From assembly GCA_019058015.1 (NCBI GenBank), contig JAHLWH010000184.1, positions 1 to 12,820 on the forward strand: a stretch of DNA of 12,820 nucleotides. The letters are read 5' to 3'. The notes under the pieces are model-generated. The model was not told the origin of the DNA. It worked only from the letters and a program-made list of their open reading frames with translations, and did not search any database. Below are positions 7,718-12,820 of the stretch, piece after piece; within the stretch, counting starts at the first letter, position 1; every line of letters starts with the position of its first letter. The DNA comes from Promethearchaeota archaeon (GTDB lineage Archaea > Asgardarchaeota > Lokiarchaeia > Sigyniarchaeales > SOKP01). The translations under genes and the position numbers were made by a program.

Positions 7718-9406
7718 ATGATGGGCTATAAAATTCGATCCGGCTTCATGTTATTTTTCCTATTTGCACTGCTTTTCGCAATCATAAATATGATTGGTTG
7801 GTGGCTTAATTGGAGCCTATGGTTTATGATCGCTATAACACTCGCCATAATCGGTTTTCAATACCTTATTTCGCCATATATCATCGGTTGGATTTACCGG
7901 ATTGACTGGATTCCGTTTGACCAATATAAAAGTCAATATCCCCATCTTGCCGAGGTCGTTGAAGCTCATATGAGAAAATTTCACATTCGAACACCACGAA
8001 TGGGCTTAATTGACGATGGAAACCCTAATGCCTTCACGTTTGGTCACCATAAAAATAATTCCCGCGTAGTAATTACCTCCGGAATTCTACAGCATCTTAA
8101 TAAAAAAGAACAAGCATCAGTCGTTGCTCATGAAATGGGTCATGTAGTTCATTCTGATTTCATAATTATGACATTAGCTAGTGCAATTCCGGTACTCCTT
8201 TATGTAGTAGCGAGATGGTGTTTTTTTGCTGGACGCTCTACTACACGTGGAAGGAGTGAGAAGGGTGGATATATCGGTTTAGTACTTTTAGTTATTGGTG
8301 TGCTTTCTTACTTTGCATATTATTTCGGATACTTGATAACATTGCTTATCTCCAGATTCAGAGAATACTACGCTGACGAAAATAGTGCCGAAATGATGGA
8401 AAATCCCAACTATTTATCAACTGCATTAGTCAAGATAGCCTACGGACTTCTTGAAGCTCAAGATAAAACATCTGAAATGTATAAATCAAAAGTTCATACA
8501 TTACGATCACTAGGTATCTATAATAAAAAGGATGCAAAAAAATTAGCATTAGCAAGCGTAGGCGCCTCTGGCGGTTTCTCCCAGGAGAACATTGAGGCGG
8601 CAGCGGCTTGGGATTTACATAATCCTTGGGCTAAATATTATCAAGTGTTTAGCACACACCCCCTTCCTGCAAAAAGAATTTTAGCACTAAATAAACGATG
8701 TGCTGAATTTAATGTAAAACCTGAAATTGATCTCTCAAGAACTAAGGAAAGAGCGGAAGAACAAGCTGGAAAATCTTTATGGGATCAATTCTTAGCTGAC
8801 TTATTCTGGTTATGGCTTCCTTCATTAGTATTTATCTCTTGTGTTGGATTCACGATTTTGTGGATTATTAACTTAATATTTAGTTATTCTACATTGCTGC
8901 TCGGAATAAATATATTATTCTTTTGGGCAATCGGTTTCTATCTTATGGGATTAGCCGTTATCGCTAGGACACTTTATAAATACAGAGGAAGTTTCCAGCC
9001 TTATACAATTGCAGAATTAGTTACTAACGTGAAAGTAAGTCCAATACGTCCAGTTGCCACAGTTCTTCAGGGTAAGATAATCGGAAGAGGGATTCCAGGA
9101 TTGTGGTATTCAGAAGACCTTGTGGTTCAAGACGAGACAGGCTTAATTACTGTGGATTACAGATTTGGATTGAGGATTGTCGATTTCTTCTGGGCAATTA
9201 TGCGAGTTGATGAATTAATCGGTCAAAACGTTCAAATTTCCGGCTGGTATAGACGTGCTCCTACACCATACGTGCAAGTGAACTACATTCTAACTGAAAG
9301 TGGAAGGAAATTTAAAAATTACTCGAAACACGTGACATATCTCAGCTCTATTATCTATTTTGGAATCGGATTACTTCTTTTCTGGTTGGCATTTAATATA
9401 TTTTAA
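7718..9406 (+). CDS. htpX: HtpX-like membrane zinc metalloprotease (peptidase M48) with C-terminal TM + putative OB-fold extension
   Basis: Two N-terminal TM helices, PNAFTFG, HEMGH zinc motif (nt 8129-8143), SRFREYYAD (third ligand), ALVKI and FSTHP motifs. About 210 extra C-terminal residues beyond the canonical HtpX length. Confidence 0.88.
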   Translation: MMGYKIRSGFMLFFLFALLFAIINMIGWWLNWSLWFMIAITLAIIGFQYLISPYIIGWIYRIDWIPFDQYKSQYPHLAEVVEAHMRKFHIRTPRMGLIDDGNPNAFTFGHHKNNSRVVITSGILQHLNKKEQASVVAHEMGHVVHSDFIIMTLASAIPVLLYVVARWCFFAGRSTTRGRSEKGGYIGLVLLVIGVLSYFAYYFGYLITLLISRFREYYADENSAEMMENPNYLSTALVKIAYGLLEAQDKTSEMYKSKVHTLRSLGIYNKKDAKKLALASVGASGGFSQENIEAAAAWDLHNPWAKYYQVFSTHPLPAKRILALNKRCAEFNVKPEIDLSRTKERAEEQAGKSLWDQFLADLFWLWLPSLVFISCVGFTILWIINLIFSYSTLLLGINILFFWAIGFYLMGLAVIARTLYKYRGSFQPYTIAELVTNVKVSPIRPVATVLQGKIIGRGIPGLWYSEDLVVQDETGLITVDYRFGLRIVDFFWAIMRVDELIGQNVQISGWYRRAPTPYVQVNYILTESGRKFKNYSKHVTYLSSIIYFGIGLLLFWLAFNIF

Positions 9407-9410
9407 TAAA

Positions 9411-9442
9411 AATTAATTTTTTTTATTCCTTTTTTATTTTTT
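9411..9442 (+). terminator. Putative oligo-T terminator between convergent htpX and V4R-like genes
   Basis: Three consecutive T-runs (attttttttattcctttttttatttttt) directly after the stop at 9406. Confidence 0.55.
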
Positions 9443-9462
9443 ATAAAATTGCCTCATTCTTT

Positions 9463-9936
9463 TTAAAATATAGCGTTGTGTATTTCTCCTAGTTGGTCCT
9501 TTAGATCTAAATTTAAATCATATTCACATAGTTGACCGCCATCCCGAAGAATACAATTCTTTAACTCTATGTGATATCCATTAACAGGCTTAAATTCTTT
9601 AAGAAATCCAATTGTATAAGGAATACAGACAATTTCCAAAAATCTTTCCCTTTTTGAAGGATTATAAGAGCCTCCAATTGGACAAAACTGATAAGGATGT
9701 TTGATTCTTATATTGAACTTTTTTTCACTTACTTTTTCTACTTTTACTTCTGCTCCTAATATTTCATACAAATCTCTTAAAGCCTGCTCTAAAGACTCTA
9801 TTTTTCGATCTTTGTAGATTTTTGCCAATTTACTACCTAATCGTGTTGATATACTTCGAGGTAGGTTCTCTCCGCCAAGATTTATCATTTCACTAATATA
9901 TGCATGAAAAAACTTTAACGCATCTTGTTTGTTCAA
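9463..9936 (-). CDS. Stand-alone V4R / methanogen output domain (MetOD1)-like protein, probable Zn-binding
   Basis: Helical N-terminus with RLGSKLA, then Cys85 (FCPIGG), Cys104 (VCIPYTIGFL), Cys128 and Cys137 (NCILRDGGQLCEY), the spacing typical of V4R-like domains. TTG start with GGAGATG (SD-like) 8 nt upstream. Confidence 0.72.
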   Translation of the reverse strand: MNKQDALKFFHAYISEMINLGGENLPRSISTRLGSKLAKIYKDRKIESLEQALRDLYEILGAEVKVEKVSEKKFNIRIKHPYQFCPIGGSYNPSKRERFLEIVCIPYTIGFLKEFKPVNGYHIELKNCILRDGGQLCEYDLNLDLKDQLGEIHNAIF

Positions 9937-10254
9937 CTTAAATACATCTCCAAATAATTTATTTAGTTCAAATCAAATATTTTTAAATTATCTTATACCA
10001 AATAACACTTTTTATCTGTTTTACAAAGAAATTTATTATTATTTAAAGGTTTATTTTGTAATTACCATTTTGATTGATTGCAACAAACAAGTAAACGCTT
10101 ACATAAATGTAAAAATATCATTTCGCCTATTTTTTAAAATAAAACAAATCAGAATTAATCAATATTGAATTTTTTTTTCTTCTCATTTTAAAAATATTTA
10201 TATTTATTTAGAGTGAAATAGAATTAAAAATTTAAATGAAATATATGATAAATT

Positions 10255-11628
10255 ATGGAAAATAAAAAATCAGATAAATTGAGTAGGAAAAATTTATTAG
10301 GATATGGATTTGGGGCAATTCCTGCAGGATTATTTATGTATGTCTTCAATCTTAAATACATAGAACTATTCTATAATGATTTACTTTTGCTCCCAATATA
10401 TTTTATAATTGGACAAGTCATATACATGACAATAAACGCTCTGAACGACCCGTTACTCGGACAACTTTCGGATCGGACTAATCGAGAAAAGTGGGGAAGT
10501 CGTAGGTTAATTTATATTAAATACGGCGCCCCTATTTGGGCAATAGCATTCCTGCTTATATGGTTTCCTTGGAGTTACACTGATCAAATTATAATTTTTA
10601 TTCATTTTACAATTAGTATTTGCTTATACGACACAATGTTTACGCTCGTTGTTCTTGCTTGGATGGCAGTATTACCAGAAATGACTTCAAGTATTGATGA
10701 GCGGAATAAGGCAAATTTTGTCAGCTTACTTATAGGAGCTATAGTTGTTGTGCCTTTTTTGCTCATCTTGGGAGCGATGGAGGCAACTTCTTTAGAATTT
10801 CAAATTGTAACGATTTTCATAGCAATTATTTCAACTGTATTTGCGGTGCTTTGTTCTTATATGTGTGAAGAAAAACCACAGTTTCAAAAAGATGAGTCAT
10901 TTCCATTATGGAAATCTATAAAAAAGACCGTGAGATTAAAATCGTTTTTACTCTTTATGGCATATAATTTCTGTGGACTCCTTATTGGAAGCATAGGTTT
11001 AAGTTATTTGTTTGCATATGAATTTATTCTGGGTTTAAGCTCTACGATGACTATGATTATCTATTTCTTAATATTTATTTTTATAGGCTATAGTGCTTAC
11101 ATTGTTTGCATGAAACTACGACCAAAATGGGGTATGAGAAAAGTTATTTTAAGGTTTGGCATATTGCGGGCTATAGGTGGTTTAATTATATTTATAATTG
11201 CGTTAATACCGGGATTAGAATTATTACTATGGATTGGCTTTACTTGGACAACCTTTTTCGCTGGATATGGAATATTTACAACCGGATCTTTAATGGCACT
11301 GTCTATGGATGAAGACGAGGTAAACCAAGGAACTCGTAGAGAAGGAATGTTTTTAGGAATAAATGCTCTCTTTACAAAACCAGCCGCCAGTATTGGGCCT
11401 GTGATTGCAACTTTAATTTTTCTTGCTTTTGGGTTCGTTCAGGGCGCAGATACTCAATCAGCCGAAGCATTAATAGGCATAAAAATATTATTTCTACTTG
11501 TTCCAGCAATACTTGCGGCGATTAGCCTAATATTCATTTACTTCTATCCTTGGCACGGCGAAAAGCTTGAGGAGATGAGAAGAAAACTCGAAGAAATACA
11601 TAAAAAGAAACTTGAATCCGTCCGATAA
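10255..11628 (+). CDS. MFS transporter, glycoside-pentoside-hexuronide (GPH, MelB-like) cation symporter family
   Basis: NALNDPLLGQLSDRT..WGSRRLIY motif, AVLPEMTSSIDER, DEDE..GTRREGMFLG and C-terminal FYP; about 11-12 hydrophobic segments. Substrate unknown. Confidence 0.92.
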   Translation: MENKKSDKLSRKNLLGYGFGAIPAGLFMYVFNLKYIELFYNDLLLLPIYFIIGQVIYMTINALNDPLLGQLSDRTNREKWGSRRLIYIKYGAPIWAIAFLLIWFPWSYTDQIIIFIHFTISICLYDTMFTLVVLAWMAVLPEMTSSIDERNKANFVSLLIGAIVVVPFLLILGAMEATSLEFQIVTIFIAIISTVFAVLCSYMCEEKPQFQKDESFPLWKSIKKTVRLKSFLLFMAYNFCGLLIGSIGLSYLFAYEFILGLSSTMTMIIYFLIFIFIGYSAYIVCMKLRPKWGMRKVILRFGILRAIGGLIIFIIALIPGLELLLWIGFTWTTFFAGYGIFTTGSLMALSMDEDEVNQGTRREGMFLGINALFTKPAASIGPVIATLIFLAFGFVQGADTQSAEALIGIKILFLLVPAILAAISLIFIYFYPWHGEKLEEMRRKLEEIHKKKLESVR

Positions 11629-11675
11629 AATCTAGCTTAGAAATAAATCAAAATATATTAAAAAAAACTTTTTTC

Positions 11676-11924
11676 TTATTTTTTTCCTGATACCAAACGT
11701 TCTCCTTTCTGCTGGTGCAGCTTTTCGAGATCAATTTCAAGTTTTTTTAGTATTTCATTATCAACTGGGTAAAAGTAAATAAAAACAAGCGCAAATATTA
11801 AAAATATTTGAGGAACGAGAAAGAAAAGGCATTTAATCCCTACTATGACTGATTCCGATTGGACATCTCTCGAACCGCCTGTAACATAAAAAGTTGCGGT
11901 TAAAATGAAAGTGGTTATTATTGG
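11676..11924 (-). pseudogene. C-terminal remnant of a paralogous GPH-family MFS transporter (not in the ORF track)
   Basis: Manual translation: PIITTFILTATFYVTGGSRDVQSESVIVGIKCLFFLVPQIFLIFALVFIYFYPVDNEILKKLEIDLEKLHQQKGERLVSGKK*. This aligns with the neighbour's C-terminus PVIATLIFLAFGFVQGADTQSAEALIGIKILFLLVPAILAAISLIFIYFYPWHGEKLEEMRRKLEEIHKKK. No in-frame ATG before an upstream TAA at 11993-11991. Confidence 0.85.
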
Positions 11925-12082
11925 ATCTTTTAGATGAATTAAATTTGTATGTAAAGAAATTAATTTTCCGAAAAATAAGATATAAAAACATTATTAAATT
12001 TATGGTCCCAAAAAAATAACAATTTTATATATAAGAAAATATAATATAATTTTGTTGGATGAAGATTCAGAGATGAAATTAA

Positions 12083-12331
12083 ATGAAAAATACAAAAATT
12101 TGGCTATTTTTACTATCTATTTTTATTTTGTATCTGAGTTTGTTATTACAAGAACATAATAAAATTTATAATAAACAAGAGGAAATGAACCCTGGGTATA
12201 TTTCAATAGCATTAGACTCATTAGATAATAATTATTTTGCTGGAGAAATATATAAAATAGAGGAGAAAGGTTATGATATAGTTATAGTTAAAAGAGGAAA
12301 TAAATTGTTTAATAAAATATATAAAGTATAG
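12083..12331 (+). pseudogene. Short ORF: signal peptide + single SBBP/beta-propeller-like blade, probably a truncated secreted protein
   Basis: MKNTKIWLFLLSIFILYLSLLL signal-like segment, then GYISIALDSLDNNYFAGE...GYDIVIVK, resembling the G.SIAxDSxxNIYxAG...DxxxVK blade pattern, followed by an early stop. Confidence 0.5.
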
Positions 12332-12336
12332 ATAAA

Positions 12337-12820
12337 ATGGTAATAATGCGAAATAATGAGATTAATCGAAAAATAATTGTTATAATGCATATTGTATTAT
12401 TTCTTATGCCAGCATTAATAGCTCTTATTCAAAATGATATTCATCTTCATAATAATGAGTTCATTGATTTCTTTCCAATCAAGCAGTCGGACGGTAGTAT
12501 AGATGTTAAAATTGAAATGGTTGATTGGGAGACACAACGTATTGATGTTGAAACTCATCCATACGGTCATCTTCAAATTGATGCATTGGTTAAAGAAAGT
12601 TACAAGTTAAAATTTAAGCTTACAAACTTGACAGATGACCCAATCTCAAATTCGATAATGTGGATGCACTTAGGTTTTATGCCTCAGAGTAAAACTAAAT
12701 TTCTCAATTTTCATGGTCCAGCAATGGCACCAAATGAAATGTTTGAAAAGCCATTAATTTATCAATGCTATGATGGAGATTACTATGGACCCTATTGGTG
12801 GATTTACGGTGTGACAGATG
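12337..12820 (+). CDS. Hypothetical secreted/membrane-anchored protein, 3'-truncated by the window (not in the ORF track)
   Basis: Open frame of 161 codons from ATG 12337 (alternative ATG 12346) to the window end: MVIMRNNEINRKIIVIMHIVLFLMPALIALIQND...PIKQSDGSIDVKIEMVDW...YKLKFKLTNLTDDPISN... Basic + hydrophobic N-terminus followed by beta-strand-like segments. Confidence 0.8.
   Translation, partial: MVIMRNNEINRKIIVIMHIVLFLMPALIALIQNDIHLHNNEFIDFFPIKQSDGSIDVKIEMVDWETQRIDVETHPYGHLQIDALVKESYKLKFKLTNLTDDPISNSIMWMHLGFMPQSKTKFLNFHGPAMAPNEMFEKPLIYQCYDGDYYGPYWWIYGVTD

Noticed and set aside
9933-9947. Tiny upstream ORF ATG-TAT-TTA-AGT-TGA (minus strand) overlapping the V4R TTG start
   Set aside because: Its ATG is part of the SD-like GGAGATG, which is well spaced for the TTG start, and it has no SD of its own; probably coincidental.
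9929-10168. 79-aa plus-strand ORF
   Set aside because: Composition (F, Y, I, N, K, L) reflects AT-rich intergenic DNA. It overlaps the V4R start and spans the divergent promoter region.
11106-11312. 68-aa ORF inside the MFS gene
   Set aside because: Out-of-frame overlap within a conserved transporter; no independent evidence.
1-12820. CRISPR arrays, tRNA/rRNA genes, IS elements, retroelement components
   Set aside because: No regularly spaced repeat-spacer units, no GC-rich structured RNA-like segments, and no transposase, integrase or reverse transcriptase motifs seen by eye. The dispersed repeats found are in-frame protein modules.

Overview
AT-rich archaeal-type window, most consistent with Lokiarchaeia (Asgard archaea). 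That assignment is an inference from a Loki-CTERM-like C-terminal sorting segment, a NosD-type surface protein, a stand-alone V4R-like protein and oligo-T terminators. Gene order: 5'-truncated nitronate monooxygenase/FabK-family flavoenzyme (+); an 848-aa protein with a TrmB-like winged HTH, about 610 aa of coiled coil and a degenerate PLD-like domain (-); a 1147-aa secreted beta-helix surface protein with three internal 63-aa repeats (+); an HtpX/M48 zinc protease with a long C-terminal extension (+); a four-Cys V4R/MetOD1-like protein (-); and a GPH-family MFS symporter (+). Two features are missing from the ORF track: a start-less C-terminal remnant of a paralogous MFS transporter on the minus strand (11676-11924) and a secreted-protein ORF running off the 3' end (from 12337). 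A short ORF at 12083-12331 resembles a truncated beta-propeller protein. The most striking element is the 848-aa protein. Its sequence suggests a long fold-back coiled-coil hairpin with a basic/aromatic apex at the midpoint and mirror-placed His clusters, an SMC/Rad50-like geometry built on a TrmB scaffold with no ATPase. No RNA genes, CRISPR arrays or transposases were seen.
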